Below, one piece after another: positions 25,529 through 37,700 of a stretch of DNA of 64,000 nt (its first letter is position 1; every line of letters starts with the position of its first letter). The position numbers were made by a program, and so were the translations under genes. The stretch lies in assembly GCA_965649765.1 (NCBI GenBank), contig OZ287758.1:50220001-50284000 (forward strand), read 5' to 3'. The stretch comes from Bispira polyomma (taxonomy: Eukaryota). Below the pieces are notes generated by a model that made no database searches, was not told the origin of the DNA, and was given only the letters and a program-made list of their open reading frames with translations.

Positions 25529-28269
25529 AATGTCAAGTTACAGTCTTCAGCCCCTGAGGTACTTTTTGGCCTGTTTAGCTGTACCGGTTGGCAGCAACTG
25601 CTATGCTGGCCAGTAAATGCTGATATAAAACAGGTACAATGGTACATGTGGTTATTTGATTAACAGGTTATTTTTAGATTGTATTTTGAAAATCTTTGAA
25701 ATATGAGATGATTCACTTATGTGGTAAGTCAAAAATAATAGGTAACAATTTTTCGGTCAGAACCTTTTACCTGAAGGTTTCTGTGACTAATATTATATTT
25801 TATATTTGTAAGGTAGGGCAAGTATGTGCTTTGAATCTTAATATAAGTTCAGTTATTATCTATTTCTGATAATTAATTGATCATATTTAGGAGACTATGT
25901 TTTAGTAATTTTTTATTAATATATGTCCTTTTTTTTTAGGTTGGTGGTATTCAATAGTAAAAGTCTTTTTAAGTTTTTAAGACAATCAAATGACTATAAA
26001 ACTGCCATGTTTGTTTCATTTTGTACACAAGATGTACTTCAATAAAAATAGAATTTGCATTTAATTGGGTTTTATCTTGCTTTTAACAGCTTATAGCCTG
26101 TAAACCACCAGCCTCTACTGCATGTATCTGACAAACTTTCCGACATGAAGGCATAAACAGGATTCAAAGCTAGATTGGTAAAAGCCCAGTGACTGTGAAG
26201 ACGGTGCTTCTAACTGGTACACTCTCATAGCCCTTAATTTTTACAGACAACATTGCCTTTAATCGATTGCTACAGCCATTGGCACAGATATAGTCCCAAA
26301 CTATGCCAACAGTTACATGGATAAATTCAAAATAAAATTTCTAGTCATAGGTGAGAAGCCAGTGATTGTCAAGTAGTTTTTCTTTACCACAAGAGGCCCC
26401 ACAGTCCTTATTACATAGCAGTCTTAAAATATAAAGCTTGTCTGACCTTTGGGCAAATACATCTTATCCATTTAATTCTGTCAAAGTCAAGTAGATCCAC
26501 CTTTAAGCATGGTTAAAAAGGAGTCATGTAAGAAGGTGGTAAAGATGTCAATAATCACAAAAATATTAAAATTTGGTGCTTATTTAGTGAAAGGATATTG
26601 TTAGTAATTGACTAATTTAGAAAAGATCTCACAAAACAAAAACATATTAAGACACCTATTGATTAAACAATAAATAATTGACAAATAAAAAATACCATTC
26701 CACCAAATCAAAAATCTATCAAACTATCAAATAATTGACAAATAAAAAAAACATTCCACTACATAATAAACCATCAACCTAGAAAATAATTGACAAATAA
26801 AATATAATACCATTCCACCACATAAAAAGGTATCAACTTAACATCAAAAGTCCATCACCCTTCCAAACCACCACAGGATTTAGCATGAACCCATATCTGG
26901 TGTTTATACTAAATCTACTTGGTTTGGTAATTGACAGTTCCTTCGTTTGTGAAGTGATGTTGTTTTAAAAATATTTTAATATTGGTATACGTGTCTAAAA
27001 AGGATATTTAGACATAGAAATGGATGGATAAACTATACTTTGATGATATGTCCACTTTTTGAAAAGTAAGGTGTGGTTTTATTTCGCGATAAATTTCGTG
27101 ATAATTTTCAAGGAGCCAATCCATACTGCAACATTTTTAGAAGCCCAAATACGATATCCCTGTGCTACTGATCACCAAACTGAAAGAATTTTTAAAATCA
27201 GACAATTAGTAAGGGAGATATAAACATTAAAAGTTTTTATATCGCCAGGTGACCTATTTTCGTGGGTGTCCTATTTTTGTGGATACAGTAAGTGTTTCTG
27301 ATACTGATTAGCTAGTTAGCTGTGTCAAAGTGGAGTGTGTCTGTAACATGTCATCATAAAACAGCAATGTTTGCATTTAACAATTGAAAATGGTTCTTGT
27401 ATCTCTATATTACCAAAAACGAAATTAAGTTAACACGTGACTAAAATCAGTTTATTTTTGAGTATGTTAAATAATCTAGATTATTAATCCTGTTAAATTG
27501 TTTACTTTTGATGGTGTTTTTTTTCGAAGTGGCTATTATGTTGTCAATTGTCGGTAAAATAAAGCGCTAGGTATTTTAATGACGGCCTTACATTACATCA
27601 TCAGGAGGATATCCAGATCTTTTGACCTTAACGACGTTTCGACCCGGTTTTTTTTTTCAAGTTCCACCTAAAATTCCTTGGCCAATAAATCACAAAATAT
27701 TGAAGGTAAAAACCAAATGAAAATATGGTGAGAAAGATTATTGGCAGCCATGTTTTTAATAACAGGCTCAAAAGCAATTCCAACAAGGTAATGACGTGTC
27801 TTCATGTCTTCAACTTCATACACATATAGTTACAATAGCTATTGGTAATGACGTGTCACAACTTCATACACATTTAGTTACAATAGCTATTGGGGGATCA
27901 CTGCCACACTTGGGGGATCACTGCCACACTTTCACAGTGACACAGTCTCAATGTTAAATTTTACAACAATTACGCATGGACATGTGTATGTATTATCTAT
28001 GTTTCAAACATTTATCTTTCTTGGGGCTGCGGTGGCCTAGATACAGGATAATGTATGTTTTTGACGCAGCACAGAGAAGCAAAAGTTCGGACTATAAAAG
28101 TTTACACCAGAAAAAGTTTTGGCCTATAACTGCACCCTAGATACGGGGGTAGTTGCTGAAGTTTTCCTGTGAGCGGATTTATTTTGAAAATTTTTGGCAG
28201 CAGCATAATCATGTACTAACTAATTATCCAGCAGAGGTGTCAGGTGAACACAATACTAGAGCATGTGGT

Positions 28270-29390
28270 ATTTACCTTGGTCTATCCTTTGCAGATGTGT
28301 TCCAATTTTAAGGACGGTATGGGGCGCTGGTATGTCCCTTGATTAACAGCCTTCATGTGCTTATAAAAGTAAGATCTATCGTTTTCAGCAACATTTTGTA
28401 AAGCCTAGAGACTGCGATGGGTTATCAATGCCCGCCTTCTCTGTCATGTCATGAATGCAATTTCATCCCAGCACATGCAATTCAGAGGATTCTGTGCTCG
28501 GAAAAAGATACGTTTGATTCTAGCACTTCAGCTGCTTTTCTGATTTCAGAATCTGTTAGGATGTTCAGCACTCCAACACAATCTAGAGGAACTGCTTTTT
28601 TTCGTCATATACATGATTTCCATGGATTTAAACAATTTCTTTTCAGCTTCTTTTAAATTTGCAAAACATCTTCTCTAATCCTTTTTTTTTTTTCTGCCAA
28701 TCTACTGTGAAACTTTTAAATGACTCGTTTTTTATTGCATACTTTGCATCTCCAAAAAGGAAATTTTGATTTAATTTAAATATTGTTTGGAAATACTCAT
28801 TTGTTTCTTGAATATCTTTCTCCTGCTCAAGGGTGGTTGCTCTCAGAATTTCTGCAGCTGAACACAACATATAATACAAATTGTGTTTCAGTCCATGTTT
28901 AATCTTATCAGCTTCATCTTCAATGGTTGTCAGTTTACAATCAGAAAGGACTTAAAAAGTTCTTTCTATGAAACATTTCTTTGGCTACAACATAGCTGCC
29001 TATTTTAGTTTTTAAAATGGCAAACAGTCTGGCCAAAGACCCATAGTTCCCCTGACACTTTTCCTTACCTCCATTCTCTTGTAAACTTTACTTTTGTCTT
29101 TGTCATATAATCTCCTACCAACAAGAACTAAGTTTTAAGGCCTGGAAATTTGGTTCCTTTTTGCCGGCTTCATCAATGTTTCTTTTTTTGATTCCCATTT
29201 TACAAAAGTCTTGAAAAATAACACGCTGTTCCTTCAAGGGGAAGGTTAAAGCTTTGGCAACATTTTCTTCATCTTTGTGTGTATTTACAATGTGTCGTTT
29301 CAGTTTGTAACAGACGTCACAAAATGAGCAAATCTGACATGGTCTTTGGTAGACCTTATCTATAAAAACATATGCAAGGTAATACAAGCA
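28270..29390 (-). pseudogene. Large tyrosine-recombinase-family gene relic A (internally deleted)
   Basis: N-terminal CSFCDVCYKLKRHIVNTHKDEENVAKAL; middle KHGLKHNLYYMLCSAAEILRA...FLFGDAKYAI; C-terminal LFPSTESSELHVLGWNCIHDMTEKAG...DRSYFYKHM..NQGTYQRP. Same family pattern as 45270-45940. Confidence 0.6.
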
Positions 29391-29714
29391 TTCAGTGAGA
29401 AAATAATTGGTAACTTATCTTGACGTAAAAAATTAACAGTCACAACATACTATAACTAGAATTATAATTTTTCCCAAAATGGAACCAAAATGCCACCCTG
29501 GAATGCCATCCTCGAGCTGCAGATTAAAGTTATCAAAACTGGCCTAGGGAACAGGAATTAGCTGAAATGGAATCTTTTTTTCTAGGAAGGCAGGAATAAC
29601 TGCAGACTAAACTTTTGAGGTAGAATGGCAGTTATATTAATATGGTGACAGGCTGGAGTGATACCAAATAACACTACATTCATGAAAATGTTATATTAAA
29701 CAGTGCTTTAAGCA

Positions 29715-30136
29715 TTGAGTTCCAATGCTTTCATTTCCCTTTCAGGTTCAAGCTCTTTTTCAAATTTTTGAGCTTCGAGCTCTTCTTTTTCGCCTTTGAG
29801 CATCAAGCTCAAGCTCTTCTTTTCGCCTTTGAGCCTCAAGCTCTTCTTTTCGCGCCTTAAACTCTTTAAGTTTTAGCTGTCTTTCAATTTCTAATCCCCT
29901 GATCACAAATTGCCCAGAAGGTTCCATTGGCAGAGGTTTATACACTTTTAAACAACTATCATGCAAAAGGTCTTCATCAACTAACTGTTCAACAATAAGC
30001 CTTTTAAGTTCATGTTTACGTGTTGACCTTTTCACCTCTAATGGTAATTCTTGTGCTATCTGCATTAAAATATCTTTTTTAAAAGTTTCTAGAACCTCAA
30101 TAGATGGTGACTGTATAAAACTTTAGCACTAGCCAT
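29715..30136 (-). mobile_element. Gypsy LTR retrotransposon gag N-terminus
   Basis: MASAKV...SPSIEVLETFKKDILMQIAQELPLEVKRSTRKHELKRLIVEQLVDE followed by an E/R/K coiled coil, typical of Gmr1/SCAN-related Gypsy gag. Confidence 0.65.
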
Positions 30137-30205
30137 TTTGAGCACTGTTGACTGTAATATATGTTTCAACAAAATAAATGATTTTTCAAAAAGCTATGTA
30201 AATAG

Positions 30206-31018
30206 TGTTACGATCACGAGAGCAAGCGTGGTAGCAATTACCGGTTGCTTTTAGGTTGTAACAGGAAAAGACAAAAAGTTTCACTTAACAAATTTATTTA
30301 ACAAATATAATAACAATTACAGAATTAGAGAATTACAGTCAACTGAGATACCCTTAATAGTTCATACAATAATACAATAATGAAACCAATCTGACCTGAC
30401 CACAGTCCTGTCCACATAAATAACAATTAAACAAGTTTGTCCACTGTATCCAGCAATCTGTCTTGAAATCCGCTCGGTCCAGACAATGCCTGTATCCTGT
30501 TATCCGTTCGGTGTCCACAAACACAAAATGTATATATCCAGAGAGTCTGCACAACTAAGCTATCCAATCAAGGATGCAAACAATATCCAATATGCAGTAA
30601 ATCCAATTTCTGGTAAAACCACAACTTTTATCTAGTTCACTCCAATGAGTTCACCACAAAACATATATAGTAATCAGTTTATATCCACAGGAAAAGAAAT
30701 AAAATGTTTCACAGTATAGCAGTTCATATAGCACACCAACTCAATAATCTCTGGTCTGTGGCCAGGCTGTCAATCCTTATATATACCACTGCTAGAGAAG
30801 GTTGCTAGAATATGTGAACAATGGCTAGAATGTTCCAGATTGAGATGTAAACAAATAAGGACAGCTTCAATAACAACAGAAACAAAATAGAAACAGCTTC
30901 TAGAAGCTTAGGGGTTTCCCCAAATCTATAAATAGGTCACTCTAGCAGAGTGTAAGAATCATTAGTACTAACTAGACCGGTTCTGCTTTAACACACCACA
31001 ATGTCCTTATAGTGAACA
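30206..31018 (-). mobile_element. Solo LTR with 5-bp TSD
   Basis: TG...CA termini (tgttacg...gtgaaca), flanked by aatag at 30201-30205 and 31019-31023. Paralog at 43176. Confidence 0.8.
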
Positions 31019-31454
31019 AATAGTATAAATATTTCTTTTGTTTAGTTAAATCTTGGAGAGGTGTAAAATTGGAAAACACAGAAATATGCTGGATTGACAT
31101 AGTCAAAAACATTTCATAATGCAGCAACCTCTAAGTCACTGTAATAATAAATATCAATATGATCTTTAGATGACAGTATTTTTTACATGTGACAACAGCA
31201 GAAAATTTTATGTAGTGACAGTTTGTTTATCAACCGTAACAAGCAATCCCTATGTGCCTCCCAGCATTGCTGACCGAAAAAAAAACCAACATGTACACAT
31301 AATAAATGTTATCAATAGTAGTGGACAATTAGACGTCTGTTCCATTAATATACAAGGACAAAGACATGACTTCCTCAGGACCGAATGTTTGGTTATCTTT
31401 CAAATAGTATGAATGACTATTCCACTACCAAAGTTGCTATTCATTCAGCCTTAC

Positions 31455-31865
31455 TGGGAATCTTTTAAAATGGTCAGATTTGACCTTGTGCTCATGTTTT
31501 AAGATCAAATTAGTGTGTCCAAACTTAAAAGGGCATATATCTCACTAATTTATTATTATTGGTTCTAGAGGTTTGGATGTAAAACAAACTTATAGAAAAC
31601 TTTGGCCTGGGATTCTGTTGATGGGGGTCATGTTTGACTTTGGACTACCTCCTTCAAGGTCAAACTGAATGTCAATATTTAAATGTGCCTATATCTCACT
31701 TATTACTGGTCCAAGAGGTTAGGCATGTAAAATCATCCTAGAGGAAACCATTCGCTAGGATTATGTTAATGGAGTCAGATTTGACCGTGGGCCAATCATA
31801 CAAGGTCAAATTGTTATGTCCAATGCTTCAAAATGCCTATAACTCACTTACTAGTTGTCCCAAAG
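31455..31865. repeat. Approximately 150-160-bp tandem units with ttgacc...ggtcaa inverted motifs (Helentron/HINE-associated satellite-like)
   Basis: Three units, each tttgac(c)tt...caaggtcaaa...gcctatatctcactta. Confidence 0.55.
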
Positions 31866-32425
31866 TAACAGATCAAAATTCTGTGAAGAAATACCCAGAG
31901 CCAGGTGTCTGAGGTATACAGTAGACCAATCAGCAGATTTCTTCTGCATTTCTGTGATACATTTGATGATGTAGGCAAAATACCATGACAATTTGTCAGC
32001 TGGTTAACTCTTGACGTACAATTAACAGCATTTTTAAAATCACAATTATTATACAGGTTTTATATTAACAGTGGAGAATCACATCTAAAGTAAGATATCT
32101 TTTCTTGACCTCTTTATCTTTCTTCTACTCCATGCCTAATAAAAACCGCCTAAAATAGTATTCGAGATGTTCTGAAATGTAGGCAATCAACTGGCAATAA
32201 TTCTCTTTCACTGCAGTATGTTAACACAGTGATTAAAACTGCCAAGAGACAGAACATATGCAGCCTTCTGCTAAGAAACAAGAAATAATGCTTATTGTTA
32301 GAAAATGACATTTTGAATGTGTGACACATTACAATTTTTAACAAATAGCCCAGTCACGATAGTCAGAGTCAAGGTCATTGAATGAATGTCAAATTGAGAT
32401 AAAATGCACAAATACAGCTGCTGAC

Positions 32426-32760
32426 CTAAACATTAGCTGCCACAATGTCTGTTTTATAAGAAAGGTATTGCTTAACCCTCCTTAGGTCCCTCAGAAGTAT
32501 AAAACTAGACTTACAGACAACTTGAATATGGCTAGTAAAAGAGAAGTTTGAATCAAACCACTGACCTAGGTTCCTGACAACATGAGCAGGACTGATCAGG
32601 TATAAAGTATAGTAACTGGGAAATTGGCACTTAGTCTGTCGCACTGGCATTTGAGCCAAAGAAATTAAATTCAGTCTTTTCAGGATTTAGCCAGAGCTTT
32701 TTAGTGAGCATCCATTGTTGAACATAATCAAGACGCTATTTTAGTTTTGTAAGGGGCCAA
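32426..32760 (-). mobile_element. L2-type LINE reverse transcriptase fragment
   Basis: WMLTKKLWLNPEKTEF...VRNLGQWFDSNFSFTSHI..VCKSSF..LR.LRRVKQYL. Confidence 0.8.
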
Positions 32761-33354
32761 AGAAACACTCAAAATCGCTGTATATCTTGCTTGGTTTTAC
32801 AGATATTGGCCATTTTTCAAAAGATCTAATTAATTAAATTTAGTCCAAGACATCCTTACCCACCAATGAAGATATTCTGAAAATTTGGTGAAGCTAGATG
32901 CTTTAGTTTTCTTCTGAGAGTGTTGGATGGATACAATTATTGACTTAAAGTTTAAATAATCATTTTATTTAACCTGTATACATTCCTGGAAGTAGACGTA
33001 CAGCCATCTGCCAAACTACATTTTGAATCTTTCAACATTTAGTGCATATCGCTTCCTATCAATACTATCACTAGATGTACACAAATGGAGAAAACAGAAC
33101 AAACATCTTAATTTAACAAGTGGGAACTGTGTCAAGTGCCCTAAAATGATACATATATTACTACATCACTAGTAAGGGAACGATTTTGTTGACCAATGAA
33201 TAATATAAATTTTAGAATGACCTCATCAGGCCGGTCATACTGATAACAAATAATTAAATAGATGTCTAATTGTCCACTCATTAAGTTGTTTATATGTGAA
33301 GACATAAAAAAGAGTTTAATTGAACTTGGTGTAGGTGACAGGAGTAAACTGACT

Positions 33355-33415
33355 GCCTTATATATTATTGGTATACAATATATTTCGAACTCCAGTGGGT
33401 GTTCTCATCAGAGGC
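33355..33415 (-). ncRNA. Type I hammerhead ribozyme (left arm)
   Basis: Reverse complement of 36769-36829. Confidence 0.9.
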
Positions 33416-34684
33416 TATAAAAAATTCACCTTTTTTACCCTAAGGTGGAAAAATTGACTCCGCCTGACTCCGCCTGATCAGGCGGAGCAACTGAGCGGGG
33501 CAGAGCTCTAAATGGGCTCTGACTCAAAGGTACTTATTGTGGGGACACCAAATCATGTTAAAACTGAATAAGGTGGTCAGGGGTCTCAGGTGAGTACTGT
33601 GCTAGGAGTCATTCTATAGGTGATTCACAAGAAAATATTATGTATATATAATTTTTAAATTTTTATTCACCTGTGAGGAAAAATAAAAAGATAAAACAAA
33701 TAAAATAATGAACCCATTATTATGTGTTTTTATTGAGTTCAATCTATTGGTCCTAGATAATGAATCTTGTATAAAATCCTATTTGATTAAAGGATGAATA
33801 GGTATGTAATACATAGATTAACACAATGTGAGTGTATGTGAGTGCGTTCATGCACATTCTGTATTTACACCTTGAGGGCACTCTTCAAATATGGTTATAA
33901 GAGTATGAATATGAATCAACTAATTCAATATTTGGAGGTAAATGGTTAATATCTGGATGGAGATATTTGTCCATATGGTGAAGTGCACAAAGGTAACAAT
34001 AGATGAGATTGACCAGAGTGATAAATTAGTTGCCATGGTTACCAATGGGTTGACCAGTGGTGAGCCTCCACAAAATGAGGTGGCTCCAGTGGTAGTTTTA
34101 CTTGAATGGATAGTTGGCCACCAGTGGTGTCTGGTGTTACTCAATTCAAACAGTGGGTAACTGGGGTTACCTGTGGGTTGACCAGTAGGTGAGCCTCCAC
34201 AAATTGGGGTGGCTCTAGTGGGAGATACTAATAGACAGGTGTGTACACCCATAGTGTGTGGTGAAACACAATTAAGTAAATTAGTAACAATAATACAGTT
34301 GGAAGAGGGGTGTAATTATAGTTATAGGTGGTTTACTACATCAGTAATAACACTACCAAACTATAGTTAGGATGACACAGGAGGAAATGGAAAACAGAAA
34401 TATTTAATGAACATAAATGTTTAATACTAAATAAGTATAAACTAGATATAACATTAATGAGTAGTGTATTTAATACACAATTACCGGTAATTAACAAGAA
34501 TAAAAATGAAAAAGTAAATAGATATTAACTTTTTTCCGGACTAGGATTAATATTACTATATTTTTAAAATTAATGATCAGAAATTATAGTGATGTAGATT
34601 ATTCGATAATAATCCACCTAGTTAAGAACTCTGATAGGAAATGGCAATAAAAATAAAATAATACCTATGTTGGTAGGAATCCTT

Positions 34685-35463
34685 TTATAGATCAGAGCAA
34701 ATATTTTCCAAGCATTCTAGTAAGTCAAATTGTATGAAACTAGAGTCAATGGGCAAGTTGCCCCACTGTGTAAAATCCTGTATATCTGAAGGAAGAGGGT
34801 TCTCCAGGTTGGTGGTGTCCCCAAATTTTTCTGATTCAGGAAGTGGGAGCCCAAGGTGATTCCGTTTGCTACAATAGTCCGCTGTATAGTAGCAGGGCAA
34901 CTCCTTTCCAGGTGTGGTGGTGAGAAGCAAGAGGTGGAATCAGGATCATAAGTGGGTAATTCATCCAACATCCTCACATGTGGTGAGGTGGCTGTGGAGC
35001 ACAACTTGGTGGGGCTCATCTGGGTCGTTTTGTCTCTCCAGAATACTGGTGAGGTGTTGACTCCCACATGAGTACTTTCCCTGCAATCTGGTAAGATTGA
35101 TAGGTCTGTCTGGGTTGAGTTACTAGCCCATGTAGAACGCGAGATAGTCTCTGAGGTAACAACACAGTCAGTCAGGGAGTGATCTGCTGAATCAGGTTGA
35201 GCCATATCCAATAGGTAATCATGTGAAGTAAATCCAGGTGCAAATTCCTCCGAATCTATGCAGTCTAAAATGTTTTTAAACATCATATCTGTCTTCCTGT
35301 TGGGGCAGTTAGGTGTGTGCCTCTTCAGGTATTCAGGTATCCTGAAGGCCTTATGGCATAGAGAACAGTGAATTCGGTATTCCTGGTGTTTGGATTTAAT
35401 GTGTCTTCTTAAGTTAGACTTCCTGCTGTAAGTCCCATAGCAAATATGGCAGGTAAACCACAT
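34685..35463 (-). CDS. C2H2 zinc-finger protein carried inside the Penelope-like element
   Basis: ATG 35463: MWFTCHICYGTYSRKSNLRRHIKSKH (C2H2), then CSLCHKAFRIPEYLKRHTPNC (C2HC) and an S/T-rich region. Open to 34717. An alternative frame, 34685-34930, gives an acidic C-terminus, suggesting one frameshift. Confidence 0.8.
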
Positions 35464-35582
35464 TTTAATTAAAATATTTTCCACAATTTTAAAAGTGCCA
35501 CTGGTACTAAATATGGGCAATTTGAATACAGCTTGAATTGTGTAGTCAGGTTAAATTTCCAGGTAAGTAAAGTGAGTTGCCT

Positions 35583-35663
35583 GGTGACGGTGACGTCATA
35601 ATGCCCTGATCGCAACGTGACGTCAGGTTGGTGCATTACGTCAGGGTGACGTTGTGATGTCAT
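35583..35663. promoter_or_regulatory. Cluster of CRE/ATF-like sites upstream of the zinc-finger ORF
   Basis: TGACGTCA at 35591 and 35618, TTACGTCA at 35636, TGACGT at 35647, TGATGTCA at 35655, in a window that is otherwise CpG-poor. Confidence 0.6.
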
Positions 35664-35768
35664 TAGAGCCTAGATAGGCGTTTGAGCTCTGTTGAGTAAA
35701 GGGCCCAATATAAGAATATAAAGGGATAAGGGGGCACTAGGGTAAGGGTGCCAGGTAAGAGGGCCTCA

Positions 35769-36736
35769 TCACACAAATACATTAATCCCAGTGGGGGTAA
35801 GGGTTGGTAAGGCCCATATATAGTACAGTTCCTGACGTCTGCGTCGGTCTGTACTATTTGCCTTAATATCCAAACCTAACCAATGGACAATACTGAACTC
35901 CATATTTTTAGCAGAGTGTTGTTTCTGACTGAAGTGTTCTTGACACTGGGGTGGATGATTGTAGTTTGGGATTATGAACACTTCTTATGTGTTCATACAT
36001 CCTTTGTCTGAATGGCCTTTTGATTTCCCCTATGTATTGTAATCCACATTGATTACAGTTGATCATGTAAATCAAATTATTTAATTCACATGTGAGACGG
36101 GGTTTTGGTGGGAGATTAATACACTTGTAAACCTTTTTTGTGTGAAAACTGGTAAATTGATCCAGTTCTTTAAGTTTTGGGCAGTATGTGCACTTGCCTA
36201 ATCTGGTGCAAACAGGTGGGAGATCATTTAATGATCTTTCACAACAATCTGCAGGGTATAGGATTTTAGCAGAGGTAAGTTTATCTCTGAGGTTAGGTAG
36301 CCTCTTAAATCTAATGATAGGTTTTTCATTGAATATTTTCTTAAGGTCATCTGTGTGTTGCATAATGTTCCAATTATGGTTTATGAGCCCTTTAATGTCG
36401 GGATTCATAGGGTTGTATTCAGTCACTAAAACTGGAGGGCTTTTTTGCTCAATTTTATTTACTACAAGTAATTGTGCTTGAGTAAATTTGTTAGATTTAT
36501 TGAAGTGACCCCTGAGTGATTTGATGGGGTAACCTCGAGCAAGGTAATACTCAGTGAGTTTTTTGGCATTGTTGGTGAAATCCTCATCTAGTGTGCATAT
36601 GCGCCTGAGTCTGAGGTATTGCCCATAGGGACCTTTATCCAAAACACTTTTTGGGTGTGAAGAGGTGTGGTGTAGATACAAGTGAGTATCAGTGGGTTTA
36701 TTGTACAGGGTAGTGATGAGCTCTCTTTGTGGGTTA
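35769..36736 (-). pseudogene. Inverted copy of the PLE RT thumb and GIY-YIG endonuclease
   Basis: YLHHTSSHPKSV...PYGQYLRLRRICT...NLIYMINCNQCGLQYIGE.KRPFRQRMYEH; +1 frameshift near 35938; near-identical to 38489-39455. Confidence 0.92.
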
Positions 36737-36768
36737 AATTATGATCGAATTTATTTTTTTTTTTTACA

Positions 36769-36829
36769 GCCTCTGATGAGAACACCCACTGGAGTTCGAA
36801 ATATATTGTATACCAATAATATATAAGGC
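36769..36829 (+). ncRNA. Type I hammerhead ribozyme (right arm)
   Basis: Stem I gcct/aggc, core CTGATGA, stem II gaac(acccactgga)gttc, GAAA, stem III tatatt(gtataccaat)aatata, cleavage triplet AUA (cut after 36825). Confidence 0.9.
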
Positions 36830-36898
36830 AGTCAGTTTACTCCTGTCACCTACACTAAGTTCAATTAAACTCTTTTTTATTCACTTGGGTATGTAACC

Positions 36899-37684
36899 AT
36901 GAGTGTAAGTGACACAGCTCTTATCCCAGCACTTCACCAACTAGATGTGGGAGGAAGTTCAGCATTCAATACTCCAGAGACAGGTACACCTATACCTGGC
37001 AACAGATTGAGTAATGAGACTCTGAGCCTACTTGAAGAAGCAGCCAACAAACTTGGAGCCCCTTCCAACCCCAACAAGGGAATGAAAAGGAGACGTACTG
37101 ACTCACCAGCAGATGAGTCAAACAGTAGAAGCAGAAATGAATACCCCAGTGAGGCCAAACCACTCTATCTTAAAGTGAAAGCCCTTTACAGGAAGAACAT
37201 CAACACTGCCACTACAATCCAGGCTATCAAGCTACACCTGAAGGATGGGACATTTCCTGTCCAGACCAACTTTAGATGTACCCCCCCACAGAGCACCAAC
37301 GACCACTTCAGAATCAAATGGAGTGGAGCCTGTAGCTCATTCAAAAGACAGCTCACCACCTTGTTTGCTGATGAACTCAACTCAAGGTACTCAGACTACA
37401 GATCCGAGATAGCAGCCAAAATGAGTGTACTCAAATCAATTCTCTCAGAAGCCCAATTTGAGGAGATCAAAGATAGCCTCCAGTTGAAGTACAAGTCAGC
37501 AGCCACCACTAAAATGACTGCCAAACTCAAGACAAAGGCTCTACCAACCATTAAAGAACCCCCTGTTAAGAAATCTAGAAAGGAAAACAGGAGACCTGCA
37601 CCAAGAACTGCCAGGCCAAAAAATGACTTGAAGGAGTTGAGACAATTACTCACTACTCTTAATAAGAAGTTTCTGAATAAATAA
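36899..37684 (+). CDS. PLE ORF1: basic, helical 261-aa protein
   Basis: Intact ORF 70 nt after the hammerhead, with accATG context and NLS-like KRRR and KKSRK. The segment IKLHLKDGTFPVQTNFRCTP...FRIKW...LTTL resembles the N-terminal domain normally fused to PLE RT. Confidence 0.8.
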   Translation: MSVSDTALIPALHQLDVGGSSAFNTPETGTPIPGNRLSNETLSLLEEAANKLGAPSNPNKGMKRRRTDSPADESNSRSRNEYPSEAKPLYLKVKALYRKNINTATTIQAIKLHLKDGTFPVQTNFRCTPPQSTNDHFRIKWSGACSSFKRQLTTLFADELNSRYSDYRSEIAAKMSVLKSILSEAQFEEIKDSLQLKYKSAATTKMTAKLKTKALPTIKEPPVKKSRKENRRPAPRTARPKNDLKELRQLLTTLNKKFLNK

Positions 37685-37700
37685 ATAATTATTCCTATTT

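Noticed and set aside
27625-27665. Minus-strand ggtcgaaacgtc, typical of minimal PLE hammerheads
   Set aside because: The CUGANGA core is replaced by an A-run; too degraded to call.
33215-33240. Minus-strand ctgatga just outside the PLE TSD
   Set aside because: No stem II followed by GAAA; chance match.
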